From NCBI RefSeq assembly GCF_009914755.1, contig NC_060948.1: a DNA stretch of 64,000 nucleotides; one strand, 5' to 3'. The notes under the pieces are model-generated. The model was not told the DNA's origin and did no database searches. It saw nothing but the letters and a program-made list of their open reading frames with translations. The position numbers were made by a program, and so were the translations under genes. The DNA is from the human T2T-CHM13v2.0 reference genome, Homo sapiens. Within the stretch, counting starts at the first letter, position 1. Every line of letters begins with the position of its first letter. Shown here one piece after another: positions 42,746 through 56,951 of the stretch.

Positions 42746-45700
42746 ATGGAATCGAATGGAAAGGACTCGAATGGAAATCACTCGAATAGAATGCAATTTA
42801 ATAAAATAGGATCAAATGTAATGGAATGGAATGGAAAGGAATCGAAACGAAAGGAATGGAGACAGATGGAATGGAATGGAACAGAGAGCAATGGTATAGA
42901 ATGGAATGGAATCATCTGGAATGGAATTGAATGGAATGGAATAATATGAAATGGAATGGAATGGAATGGAATGGAATGCCCTTGAATTAAATGGACTGGA
43001 ATGGAATGGACTCGAACAGAGTGGAATGGAAAGTGTTGAGATAGAATGGAATGGACTCCTTTGGAATGGTGTAGTATGCAATGCAATCGACTGGCAGGGA
43101 ATCAAAAGGAATGTAATGGAATGGACTGGACTGGAATGCAATGGACTCGAATAGATTGGAAACGGAATGCAAAGGAATGGAATGGAATAGTATGGAATGG
43201 AATGGAAAGGAATGGAGTGGAATAGAATAGAGTGGAATGGAATGGACTGGAAAGCAATGGACTGGAATGGAACTTTCTTGAATGGACTGGAATCAAACGG
43301 AATGGAATGCAATGCAATCAAATGGCATGGAATAAAATAGAATGAAAGAGAATCAAATGGAATTGAATCGAATGGAATCGAATGGATTGGAAAGGAATAG
43401 AATGGAATGGAATGGAATGAACTCAAATGGAATGGACTAGAATGGAATGGATTCGAATGGAAGGCAAAGGAATGGAATCTATTGGAATGGACTGTAATGG
43501 AATGGAATGGAAGGGATTGGAATGGACTCGAATGGAATGGACTGCAATAGAAAGGATTCGAATGGAATGAAAAAGAATTGAATGGAATAGAACAGAATGG
43601 AATCAAATCGAATGAAATGGAATGGAATAGAAAGGAATGGAATGAAATGGAATGGAAAGGATTCGAATGGAATGCAATCGAATGGAATGGAATCGAACGG
43701 AATGGAATAAAATGGAAGAAAACTGGCAAGAAATGGAATCGAAATGAATGGAGTGTTATGGAACGGACTCAAAAGGAATTGAATGTAATAGAATGGAGTG
43801 GAGTGGACTCGAATATAATGGACTGGAATGGAATGAAATCACATGGAATGGGAACGAATGGAATGGAAAGGAATGGAATCGAATGGAAAGGAATCGAATG
43901 GAAGGGAATGAAATTGAATCAACAGGAATGGAAGGGAATAGAATAGACGGTAATGGAATGGACTCGAATAGAATGGACACGAATGCTCAAATTGAATGGA
44001 CTCGAATGGAATGGAAACGAAAGGAATGTCATCGAATGGAATTGAATCGATTGGAATGAAATCGCATAGAATGGAGTGGAATCAAATGGAATTGAATCGA
44101 AAGGAAAGGAAGCGAATGGACTGAAATGAAATGGAATGGAATTGAATGGAAAGTAATGCAATGGAATAGAATGGAACGAAATTTCACGGAATGGAATCAA
44201 ACTGAATGGAATCAAATCAATGGAATCAAATCAAATGGAATGGAAAGGAATTGAATGGAGTAGATTGGATTGGATGGGATTGGAATGAAATGTACTGGAA
44301 AGGACTCGAGTTTCATGAAACGGAATGGAATGAATTGGAACGGAATGGACTCGAATGGAATGGAATGTCATGGAATGGCATCAAATGGAATGGCATCAAA
44401 TGGAATGGAATCGAATGCAATGGAATGCTATGGAATGGAATGGAATGCATTGGAATGGAATGTCCTCTAATGGAATGGATTCGAGTGGAATGGAATCGAA
44501 TATAATGGAGTCGAATGAAATGGAATTGAAAGGAATGGGATCGAATAGAATGGAATATACTGGAATGTAATGTAATGAACTCGAATGTAATTGACTGGAA
44601 TGGAATGTACATGAATGGAATGTAATCGAATGGAAAGTAATCCAATGGAATAGAATCTAATGCAATAAAACCGACTCAGATAGAGTAGAATGTAATGGAA
44701 TGGAGTGCAGTGCAATGGAAGGGAATGGAATTGAATGCAATAGAATGGAATGGAATGGAATGGAATGGAATGGAATGGAATGGGATGGAATGGTATGGAA
44801 TGGATAGTAATGGACTGGAGTGAAATGGACTGGAAAGGAATGGACTCAAATTGAAAGGGCTCGAAAGGAATGGAGTCAAATGGAATGGTCTGGAATGGAA
44901 TGAACACGAATGTAATGCAATCCAATAGAATGGAATCGAATGGCATGGAATATAAAGAAATGGAATCGAAGAGAATGGAAACAAATGGAATGGAATTGAA
45001 TGGAATGGAATTGAATGGAATGGGAACGAATGGAGTGAAATTGTATGCAGTAGAAGGGAATAGAATGGAATGCAAGCGAAAGGAAAGGAATGGATTGGAA
45101 TGGAATGGAATTCATTGGAATGGAAGGGAATGTAGTGTAATGGACAGGCCTGGAATAAAGTGGAATGCTACGGTCTCGAATGGAATAAAAATATATGGAA
45201 TGGAATGCAATGAAACGGAATCGAATGTCATAGAATGTAATGGAATGCAAAAAAATGGAATCCAAAATCATTGACTGGAAAGGCTGGGTGTCGAAAGGAA
45301 TTGACTCCAATGGAATGGAATCGAATGGAATGGAAGTGAATAGAATCGAACTAAATCGAATGGAATGGAATTGATAGGAACGGAATGGAAAGGAATGCAA
45401 TGATTTGGCATGGAATGGAATCGAATGGCATCGAATGGAATGGAATGGAATGCAATGGAATGGAATGTATTAGAATGTAATGAACTTTAATGGAATGTAC
45501 TCGAATGGATTCGACTGGAATGGAATGTTCTGGAAGTGAATGGACTCCAATGGAATGGATTCAAAAGGAATGGAATCGTACGGAATGGAATCTAATGGAA
45601 TGGAATTAAATGGAAATGAATCAAATTGAATAGCACGGAATTGAATTGAATGGAATGGAATGCAATGGAATCTAATGAAACGGAAAGGAAAGGAATGGAA

Positions 45701-46304
45701 TGGAATGGAATGGGCTGGAATGGAAAGGAATCGAAACGAATGGAATGGAATCGAACTGAAGAGACTGGAATGGAATGCACTGGAATGGAAGGGAGTGTAA
45801 TGGAAGGTTCTCGAAAAAAATGGAATCGAATGGAATGGAATTGAATGGAACGGAATAGAGTCGAATGGAATTGAATGGAATGGAATGGACTAGAGTGAAA
45901 TGGAATCGAACCACAAGGAATGGACAGGAATAGAATGGTCTCGAATTGAATGGAATCGTATGGAATGGCATCAAACGGAATGGAATGGACAGCCACGGAA
46001 TGGAATGCACTCGAATGCAATGGAGTCGAAACTAATGGACTGGAATAGAATGGACTCGACTGGTACGGACTCCAATGGAATGGAATCGAATGGAAGGGAA
46101 TCGAACGGAATGGACTCGAAGGGAAAAGACTGCAATGGAAAGGTCTAGAATGGAATGGAAATTAATGGAATGGAATGGAATCGAATGAAATGGAGTCAAA
46201 AGGAATGGAATCGAATGGCAAGAAATCGAATGTAATGGAATCACAAGGAATTGATGTGAACGGAACGGAATGGAATGGAATCCAAAGGAATGGAATAGAA
46301 TGGA
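42746..46304. repeat. DYZ1 unit U13 (3559 bp; type C proximal half, U8-like distal half)
   Basis: Landmark spacing; 5-bp deletion near 43860 shared with U16. Confidence 0.9.
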
Positions 46305-49300
46305 ATGGAATCGAATGGAAAGGACTCGAATTGAAATCACTCGAATAGAATGCAATTTAATAAAATAGGATCAAATGTAATTGAATGGAATGGAAAGGAA
46401 TCGAAACGAAAGGAATGGAGACAGATGGAATGGAATGGAACAGAGAGCAATGGTATAGAATGGAATGGAATCATCTGGAATGGAATTGAATGGAATGGAA
46501 TAATATGAAATGGAATGGAATGGAATGGAATGGAATGCCCTTGAATTAAATGGACTGGAATGGAATGGACTCGAACAGAGTGGAATGGAAAGTGTTGAGA
46601 TAGAATGGAATGGACTCCTTTGGAATGGTCTAGTATGCAATGCAATCGACTGGCAGGGAATCAAAAGGAATGTAATCGAATGGATTGGACTGGAATGCAA
46701 TGGACTCGAATAGATTGGAAACGGGATGCAAAGGAATGGAATGGAATAGTATGGAATGGAATGGAAAGGAATGGAGTGGAATAGACTATAGTGGAATGGA
46801 ATGGACTGGAAAGCAATGGACTGGAATGGAACTTTCTTGAATGGACTGGAATCAAACGGAATGGAATGCAATGCAATCAAATGGCATGGAATAAAATAGA
46901 ATGAAAGAGAATCAAATGGAATTGAATCGAATGGAATCGAATGGATTGGAAAGGAATAGAATGGAATGGAATGGAATGGACTCAAATGGAATGGACTAGA
47001 ATGGAATGGATTCGAATGGAAGGCAAAGGAATGGAATCTATTGGAATGGACTGTAATGGAATGGAATGGAAGGGATTGGAATGGACTCGAATGGAATGGA
47101 CTGCAATAGAAAGGATTCGAATGGAATGAAAAAGAATTGAATGGAATAGAACAGAATGGAATCAAATCGAATGAAATGGAATGGAATAGAAAGGAATGGA
47201 ATGAAATGGAATGGAAAGGATTCGAATGGAATGCAATCGAATGGAATGGAATCGAACGGAATGGAATAAAATGGAAGAAAACTGGCAAGAAATGGAATCG
47301 AAATGAATGGAGTGTTATGGAACGGACTCAAAAGGAATTGAATGTAATAGAATGGAGTGGAGTGGACTCGAATATAATGGACTGGAATGGAATGAAATCA
47401 CATGGAATGGGAACGAATGGAATGGAATGGAAAGGAATGGAATCGAATGGAAAGGAATCGAATGGAAGGGAATGAAATTGAATCAACAGGAATGGAAGGG
47501 AATAGAATAGACGGTAATGGAATGGACTCGAATAGAATGGACACGAATGCTCAAATTGAATGGACTCGAATGGAATGGAAACGAAAGGAATGTCATCGAA
47601 TGGAATTGAATCGATTGCAATGAAATCGCATAGAATGGAGTGGAATCAAATGGAATTGAATCGAAAGGAAAGGAAGCGAATGGACTGAAATGAAATGGAA
47701 TGGAATTGAATGGAAAGTAATGCAATGGAATAGAATGGAACGAAATTTCACGGAATGGAATCAAACTGAATGGAATCAAATCAATGGAATCTAATCAAAT
47801 GGAATGGAAAGGAATTGAATGGAGTAGATTGGATTGGATGGGATTGGAATGAAATGTACTGGAAAGGACTCGAATTTCATGAAACGGAATGGAATGAATT
47901 GGAACGGAATGGACTCGAATGGAATGGAATGTCATGGAATGGCATCAAATGGAATGGCATCAAATGGAATGGAATCGAATGCAATGGAATGCTATGGAAT
48001 GGAATGGAATGCATTGGAATGGAATGTCCTCTAATGGAATGGATTCGAGTGGAATGGAATCGAATATAATGGAGTCGAATGAAATGGAATTGAAAGGAAT
48101 GGGATCGAATACAATGGAATATACTGGAATGTAATGTAATGAACTCGAATGTAATTGACTGGAATGGAATGTACATGAATGGAATGTAATCGAATGGAAA
48201 GTAATCCAATGGAATAGAATCTAATGCAATAAAATCGACTCAGATAGAGTAGCATGTAATGGAATGGAGTGCAGTGCAATGGAATGGAATGCAATGGAAT
48301 GGAATGGAATGGAATGGAATGGAATGGAATGGAATGGAATGGGATGGGATGGAATGGTATGGAATGGATAGTAATGGACTGGAGTGAAATGGACTGGAAA
48401 GGAATGGACTCAAATTGAAAGGGCTCGAAAGGAATGGAGTCAAATGGAATGGTCTGGAATGGAATGAACACGAATGTAATGCAATCCAATAGAATGGAAT
48501 CGAATGGCATGGAATATAAAGAAATGGAATCGGAGAGAATGGAAACAAATGGAATGGAATTGAATGGAATGGAATTGAATGGAATGGGAACGAATGGAGT
48601 GAAATTGTATGCAGTAGAAGGGAATAGAATGGAATGCAAGCAAAAGGAAAGGAATGGATTGGAATGGAATGGAATTCATTGGAATGGAAGGGAATGTAGT
48701 GTAATGGACAGGCCTGGAATAAAGTGGAATGCTACGGTCTCGAATGGAATAAAAATGTATGGAATGGAATGCAATGAAATGGAATCGAATGTCATAGAAT
48801 GTAATGGAATGCAACAAAATGGAATCCAATATCATTGACTGGAAAGGCTGGGTGTCGAAAGGAATTGACTCCAATGGAATGGAATCGAATGGAATGGAAG
48901 TGAATAGAATCGAACTAAATCGAATGGAATGGAATTGATAGGAACGGAATGGAAAGGAATGCAATGATTTGGCATGGAATGGAATCGAATGGCATCGAAT
49001 GGAATGGAATGGAATGCAATGGAATGGAATGTATTAGAATGGAATGAACTTTAATGGAATGTACTCGAATGGATTCGACTGGAATGGAATGTTCTGGAAG
49101 TGAATGGACTCCAATGGAATGGATTCCAAAGGAATGGAATCGTACGGAATGGAATCTAATGGAATGGAATTAAATGGAAATGAATCAAATTGAATAGCAC
49201 GGAATTGAATTGAATGGAATGGAATGCAATGGAATCTAATGAAACGGAAAGGAAAGGAATGGAATGGAATGGAATGGGCTGGAATGGAAAGGAATCGAAA

Positions 49301-49868
49301 CGAATGGAATGGAATCGAACTGAAGAGACTGGAATGGAATGCACTGGAATGGAAGGGAGTGTAATGGAAGGTTCTCGAAAAAAATGGAATCGAATGGAAT
49401 GGAATTGAATGGAACGGAATAGAGTCGAATGGAATTGAATGGAATGGAATGGACTAGAGTGAAATGGAATCGAACCACAAGGAATGGACAGGAATAGAAT
49501 GGTCTCGAATTGAATGGAATCGTATGGAATGGCATCAAACGGAATGGAATGGACAGCCACGGAATGGAATGCACTCGAATGCAATGGAGTCGAAACTAAT
49601 GGACTGGAATAGAATGGACTCGACTGGTACGGACTCCAATGGAATGGAATCGAATGGAAGGGAATCGAACGGAATGGACTCGAAGGGAAAAGACTGCAAT
49701 GGAAAGGTCTCGAATGGAATGGAAATTAATGGAATGGAATGGAATCGAATGAAATGGAGTCAAAAGGAATGGAATCGAATGGCAAGAAATCGAATGTAAT
49801 GGAATCGCAAGGAATTGATGTGAACGGAACGGAATGGAATGGAATCCAAAGGAATGGAATAGAATGGA
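46305..49868. repeat. DYZ1 unit U14 (3564 bp, the canonical DYZ1 length; type A)
   Basis: Landmark spacing; variants shared with U10. Confidence 0.9.
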
Positions 49869-52800
49869 ATGGAATCGAATGGAAAGGACTCGAATGGCAA
49901 TCACTCGAATAGAATGCAATTTAATAAAATAGGATCAAATGTAATGGAATGGAATGGAAAGGAATCGAAACGAAAGGAATGGAGACAGATGGAATGGAAT
50001 GGAACAGAGAGCAATGGTATAGAATGGAATGGAATCATCTGGAATGGAATTGAATGGAATGGAATAATATGAAATGGAATGGAATGGAATGGAATGGAAT
50101 GCCCTTGAATTAAATGGACTGGAATGGAATGGACTCGAACAGAGTGGAATGGAAAGTGTTGAGATAGAATGGAATGGACTCCTTTGGAATGGTCTAGTAT
50201 GCAATGCAATCGACTGGCAGGGAATCAAAAGGAATGTAATCGAATGGATTGGACTGGAATGCAATGGACTCGAATAGATTGCAAACGGGATGCAAAGGAA
50301 TGGAATGGAATAGTATGGAATGGAATGGAAAGGAATGGAGTGGAATAGACTAGAGTGGAATGGAATGGACTGGAAAGCAATGGACTGGAATGGAACTTTC
50401 TTGAATGGACTGGAATCAAACGGAATGGAATGCAATGCAATCAAATGGCATGGAATAAAATAGAATGAAAGAGAATCAAATGGAATTGAATCGAATGGAA
50501 TCGAATGGATTGGAAAGGAATAGAATGGAATGGAATGGAATGGACTCAAATGTAATGGACTAGAATGGAATGGATTCGAATGGAAGGCAAAGGAATGGAA
50601 TCTATTGGAATGGACTGTAATGGAATGGAATGGAAGGGATTGGAATGGACTCGAATGGAATGGACTGCAATAGAAAGGATTCGAATGGAATGAAAAAGAA
50701 TTGAATGGAATAGAACAGAATGGAATCAAATCGAATGAAATGGAATGGAATAGAAAGGAATGGAATGAAATGGAATGGAAAGGATTTGAATGGAATGCAA
50801 TCGAATGGAATGGAATCGAACGGAATGGAATAAAATGGAAGAAAACAGGCAAGAAATGGAATCGAAATGAATGGAGTGTTATGGAACGGACTCAAAAGGA
50901 ATTGAATGTAATAGAATGGAGTGGAGTGGACTCGAATATAATGGACTGGAATGGAATGAAATCACATGGAATGGGAACGAATGGAATGGAATGGAAAGGA
51001 ATGGAATCGAATGGAAAGGAATCGAATGGAAGGGAATGAAATTGAATCAACAGGAATGGAAGGGAATAGAATAGACGGTAATGGAATGGACTCGAATAGA
51101 ATGGACACGAATGCTCAAATTGAATGGACTCGAATGGAATGGAAACGAAAGGAATGTCATCGAATGGAATTGAATCGATTGCAATGAAATCGCATAGAAT
51201 GGAGTGGAATCAAATGGAATTGAATCGAAAGGAAAGGAAGCGAATGGACTGAAATGAAATGGAATGGAATTGAATGGAAAGTAATGCAATGGAATAGAAT
51301 GGAACGAAATTTCACGGAATGGAATCAAACTGAATGGAATCAAATCAATGGAATCTAATCAAATGGAATGGAAAGGAATTGAATGGAGTAGATTGGATTG
51401 GATGGGATTGGAATGAAATGTACTGGAAAGGACTCGAATTTCATGAAACGGAATGGAATGAATTGGAACGGAATGGACTCGAATGGAATGGAATGTCATG
51501 GAATGGCATCAAATGGAATGGCATCAAATGGAATGGAATCGAATGCAATGGAATGCTATGGAATGGAATGGAATGCATTGGAATGGAATGTCCTCTAATG
51601 GAATGGATTCGAGTGGAATGGAATCGAATATAATGGAGTCGAATGAAATGGAATTGAAAGGAATGGGATCGAATACAATGGAATATACTGGAATGTAATG
51701 TAATGAACTCGAATGTAATTGACTGGAATGGAATGTACATGAATGGAAGGTAATCGAATGGAAAGTAATCCAATGGAATAGAATCTAATGCAATAAAACC
51801 GACTCAGATAGAGTAGAATGTAATGGAATGGAGTGCAGTGCAATGGAATGGAATGGAATTGAATGCAATGGAATGGAATGGAATGGAATGGAATGGAATG
51901 GAATGGAATGGGATGGAATGGTATGGAATGGATAGTAATGGACTGGAGTGAAATGGACTGGAAAGGAATGGACTCAAATTGAAAGGGCTCGAAAGGAATG
52001 GAGTCAAATGGAATGGTCTGGAATGGAATGAACACGAATGTAATGCAATCCAATAGAATGGAATCGAATGGCATGGAATATAAAGAAATGGAATCGGAGG
52101 GAATGGAAACAAATGGAATGGAATTGAATGGAATGGAATTGAATGGAATGGGAACGAATGGAGTGAAATTGTATGCAGTAGAAGGGAATAGAATGGAATG
52201 CAAGCGAAAGGAAAGGAATGGATTGGAATGGAATGGAATTCATTGGAATGGAAGGGAATGTAGTGTAATGGACAGGCCTGGAATAAAGTGGAATGCTACG
52301 GTCTCGAATGGAATAAAAATGTATGGAATGGAATGGAATGAAATGGAATCGAATGTCATAGAATGTAATGGAATGCAACAAAATGGAATCCAAAATCATT
52401 GACTGGAAAGGCTGGGTGTCGAAAGGAATTGACTCCAATGGAATGGAATCGAATGGAATGGAAGTGAATAGAATCGAACTAAATCGAATGGAATGGAATT
52501 GATAGGAACGGAATGGAAAGGAATGCAATGATTTGGCATGGAATGGAATCGAATGGCATCGAATGGAATGGAATGGAATGCAATGGAATGGAATGTATTA
52601 GAATGTAATGAACTTTAATGGAATGTACTCGAATGGATTCGACTGGAATGGAATGTTCTGGAAGTGAATGGACTCCAATGGAATGGATTCCAAAGGAATG
52701 GAATCGTACGGAATGGAATTAAATGGAAATGAATCAAATTGAATAGCACGGAATTGAATTGAATGGAATGGAATGCAATGGAATCTAATGAAACGGAAAG

Positions 52801-53417
52801 GAAAGGAATGGAATGGAATGGAATGGGCTGGAATGGAAAGGAATCGAAACGAATGGAATGGAATCGAACTGAAGAGACTGGAATGGAATGCACTGGAATG
52901 GAAGGGAGTGTAATGGAAGGTTCTCGAAAAAAATGGAATCGAATGGAATGGAATTGAATGGAACGGAATAGAGTCGAATGGAATTGAATGGAATGGAATG
53001 GACTAGAGTGAAATGGAATCGAACCACAAGGAATGGACAGGAATAGAATGGTCTCGAATTGAATGGAATCGTATGGAATGGCATCAAACGGAATGGAATG
53101 GACAGCCACGGAATGGAATGCACTCGAATGCAATGGAGTCGAAACTAATGGACTGGAATAGAATGGACTCGACTGGTACGGACTCCAATGGAATGGAATC
53201 GAATGGAAGGGAATCGAACGGAATGGACTCGAAGGGAAAAGACTGCAATGGAAAGGTCTCGAATGGAATGGAAATTAATGGAATGGAATGGAATCGAATG
53301 AAATGGAGTCAAAAGGAATGGAATCGAATGGCAAGAAATTGAATGTAATGGAATCGCAAGGAATTGATGTGAACGGAACGGAATGGAATGGAATCCAAAG
53401 GAATGGAATAGAATGGA
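49869..53417. repeat. DYZ1 unit U15 (3549 bp; type B with 15-bp deletion near 52712)
   Basis: Landmark spacing; variants shared with U11 and U12. Confidence 0.9.
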
Positions 53418-56400
53418 ATGGAATCGAATGGAAAGGACTCGAATGGAAATCACTCGAATAGAATGCAATTTAATAAAATAGGATCAAATGTAATGGAATG
53501 GAATGGAAAGGAATCGAAACGAAAGGAATGGAGACAGATGGAATGGAATGGAACAGAGAGCAATGGTATAGAATGGAATGGAATCATCTGGAATGGAATT
53601 GAATGGAATGGAATAATATGAAATGGAATGGAATGGAATGGAATGGAATGCCCTTGAATTAAATGGACTGGAATGGAATGGACTCGAACAGAGTGGAATG
53701 GAAAGTGTTGAGATAGAATGGAATGGACTCCTTTGGAATGGTGTAGTATGCAATGCAATCGACTGGCAGGGAATCAAAAGGAATGTAATGGAATGGACTG
53801 GACTGGAATGCAATGGACTCGAATAGATTGGAAACGGAATGCAAAGGAATGGAATGGAATAGTATGGAATGGAATGGAAAGGAATGGAGTGGAATAGAAT
53901 AGAGTGGAATGGAATGGACTGGAAAGCAATGGACTGGAATGGAACTTTCTTGAATGGACTGGAATCAAACGGAATGGAATGCAATGCAATCAAATGGCAT
54001 GGAATAAAATAGAATGAAAGAGAATCAAATGGAATTGAATCGAATGGAATCGAATGGATTGGAAAGGAATAGAATGGAATGGAATGGAATGGACTCAAAT
54101 GGAATGGACTAGAATGGAATGGATTCGAATGGAAGGCAAAGGAATGGAATCTATTGGAATGGACTGTAATGGAATGGAATGGAAGGGATTGGAATGGACT
54201 CGAATGGAATGGACTGCAATAGAAAGTATTCGAATGGAATGAAAAAGAATTGAATGGAATAGAACAGAATGGAATCAAATCGAATGAAATGGAATGGAAT
54301 AGAAAGGAATGGAATGAAATGGAATGGAAAGGATTCGAATGGAATGCAATCGAATGGAATGGAATCGAACGGAATGGAATAAAATGGAAGAAAACTGGCA
54401 AGAAATGGAATCGAAATGAATGGAGTGTTATGGAACGGACTCAAAAGGAATTGAATGTAATAGAATGGAGTGGAGTGGACTCGAATATAATGGACTGGAA
54501 TGGAATGAAATCACATGGAATGGGAACGAATGGAATGGAAAGGAATGGAATCGAATGGAAAGGAATCGAATGGAAGGGAATGAAATTGAATCAACAGGAA
54601 TGGAAGGGAATAGAATAGACGGTAATGGAATGGACTCGAATAGAATGGACACGAATGCTCAAATTGAATGGACTCGAATGGAATGGAAACGAAAGGAATG
54701 TCATCGAATGGAATTGAATCGATTGGAATGAAATCGCATAGAATGGAGTGGAATCAAATGGAATTGAATCGAAAGGAAAGGAAGCGAATGGACTGAAATG
54801 AAATGGAATGGAATTGAATGGAAAGTAATGCAATGGAATAGAATGGAACGAAATTTCACGGAATGGAATCAAACTGAATGGAATCAAATCAATGGAATCA
54901 AATCAAATGGAATGGAAAGGAATTGAATGGAGTAGATTGGATTGGATGGGATTGGAATGAAATGTACTGGAAAGGACTCGAATTTCATGAAACGGAATGG
55001 AATGAATTGGAACGGAATGGACTCGAATGGAATGGAATGTCATGGAATGGCATCAAATGGAATGGCATCAAATGGAATGGAATCGAATGCAATGGAATGC
55101 TATGGAATGGAATGGAATGCATTGGAATGGAATGTCCTCTAATGGAATGGATTCGAGTGGAATGGAATCGAATATAATGGAGTCGAATGAAATGGAATTG
55201 AAAGGAATGGGATCGAATACAATGGAATATACTGGAATGTAATGTAATGAACTAAAATGTAATTGACTGGAATGGAATGTACATGAATGGAATGTAATCG
55301 AATGGAAAGTAATCCAATGGAATAGAATCTAATGCAATAAAATCGACTCAGATAGAGTAGAATGTAATGGAATGGAGTGCAGTGCAATGGAATGGAATGG
55401 AATGGAATGGAATGGAATGGAATGGAATGGGATGGAATGGTATGGAATGGACAGTAATGGACTGGAGTGAAATGGACTGGAAAGGCATGGACTCAAATTG
55501 AAAGGGCTCGAAAGGAATAGAGACAAATGGAATGGTCTGGAATGGAATGAACACGAATGTAATGCAATCCAATAGAATGGAGTCGAATGGCATGGAATAT
55601 AAAGAAATGGAATCGAAGAGAATGGAAACAAATGGAATGGAATTGAATGGAATGGAATTGAATGGAATGGGAACGAATGGAGTGAAATTGTATGCAGTAG
55701 AAGAGAATAGAATGGAATGCAAGCGAAAGGAAAGGAATGGATTGGAATGGAATGGAATTCATTGGAATGGAAGGGAATGTAGTGTAATGGACAGGCCTGG
55801 AATAAAGTGGAATGCTAAGGTCTCGAATGGAATAAAAATGTATGGAATGGAATGCAATGAAACGGAATCGAATGTCATAGAATGTAATGGAATGCAAAAA
55901 AATGGAATCCAAAATCATTGACTGGAAAGGCTGGGTGTCGAAAGGAATTGACTCCAATGGAATGGAATCGAATGGAATGGAAGTGAATAGAATCGAACTA
56001 AATCGAATGGAATGGAATTGATAGGAACGGAATGGAAAGGAATGCAATGATTTGGCATGGAATGGAATCGAATGGCATCGAATGGAATGGAATGGAATGC
56101 AATGGAATGGAATGTATTAGAATGTAATGAACTTTAATGGAATGTACTCGAATGCATTCGACTGGAATGGAATTTTCTGGAAGTGAATGGACTCCAATGG
56201 AATGGATTCAAAAGGAATGGAATCTTACGGAATGGAATCTAATGGAATGGAATTAAATGGAAATGAATCAAATTGAATAGCACGGAATTGAATTGAATGG
56301 AATGGAATGCAATGAAATCTAATGAAACGGAAAGGAAAGGAATGGAATGGAATGGAATGGGCTGGAATGGAAAGGAATCGAAACGAATGGAATGGAATCG

Positions 56401-56951
56401 AACTGAAGAGACTGGAATGGAATGCACTGGAATGGAAGGGAGTGTAATGGAAGGTTCTCGAAAAAAATGGAATCGAATGGAATGGAATTGAATGGAAAGG
56501 AATAGAGTCGAATGGAATTGAATGGAATGGAATGGACTAGAGTGAAATGGAATCGAACCACAAGGAATGGACAGGAATAGAATGGTCTCGAATTGAATGG
56601 GATCGTATGGAATGGCATCAAACGGAATGGAATGGACAGCCACGGAATGGAATGCACTCGAATGCAATGGAGTCGAAACTAATGGACTGGAATAGAATGG
56701 ACTCGACTGGTACGGACTCCAATGGAATGGAATCGAATGGAAGGGAATCGAACGGAATGGACTCGAAGGGAAAAGACTGCAATGGAAAGGTCTCGAATGG
56801 AATGGAAATTAATGGAATGGAATGGAATCGAATGAAATGGAGTCAAAAGGAATGGAATCGAATGGCAAGAAATCGAATGTAATGGAATCAAAAGGAATTG
56901 ATGTGAACGGAACGGAATGGAATGGAATCCAAAGGAATGGAATAGAATGGA
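53418..56951. repeat. DYZ1 unit U16 (3534 bp, shortest; chimera of U13-like and U6-like halves)
   Basis: Landmark spacing; marker switch between ~54540 and ~55450. Confidence 0.9.
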
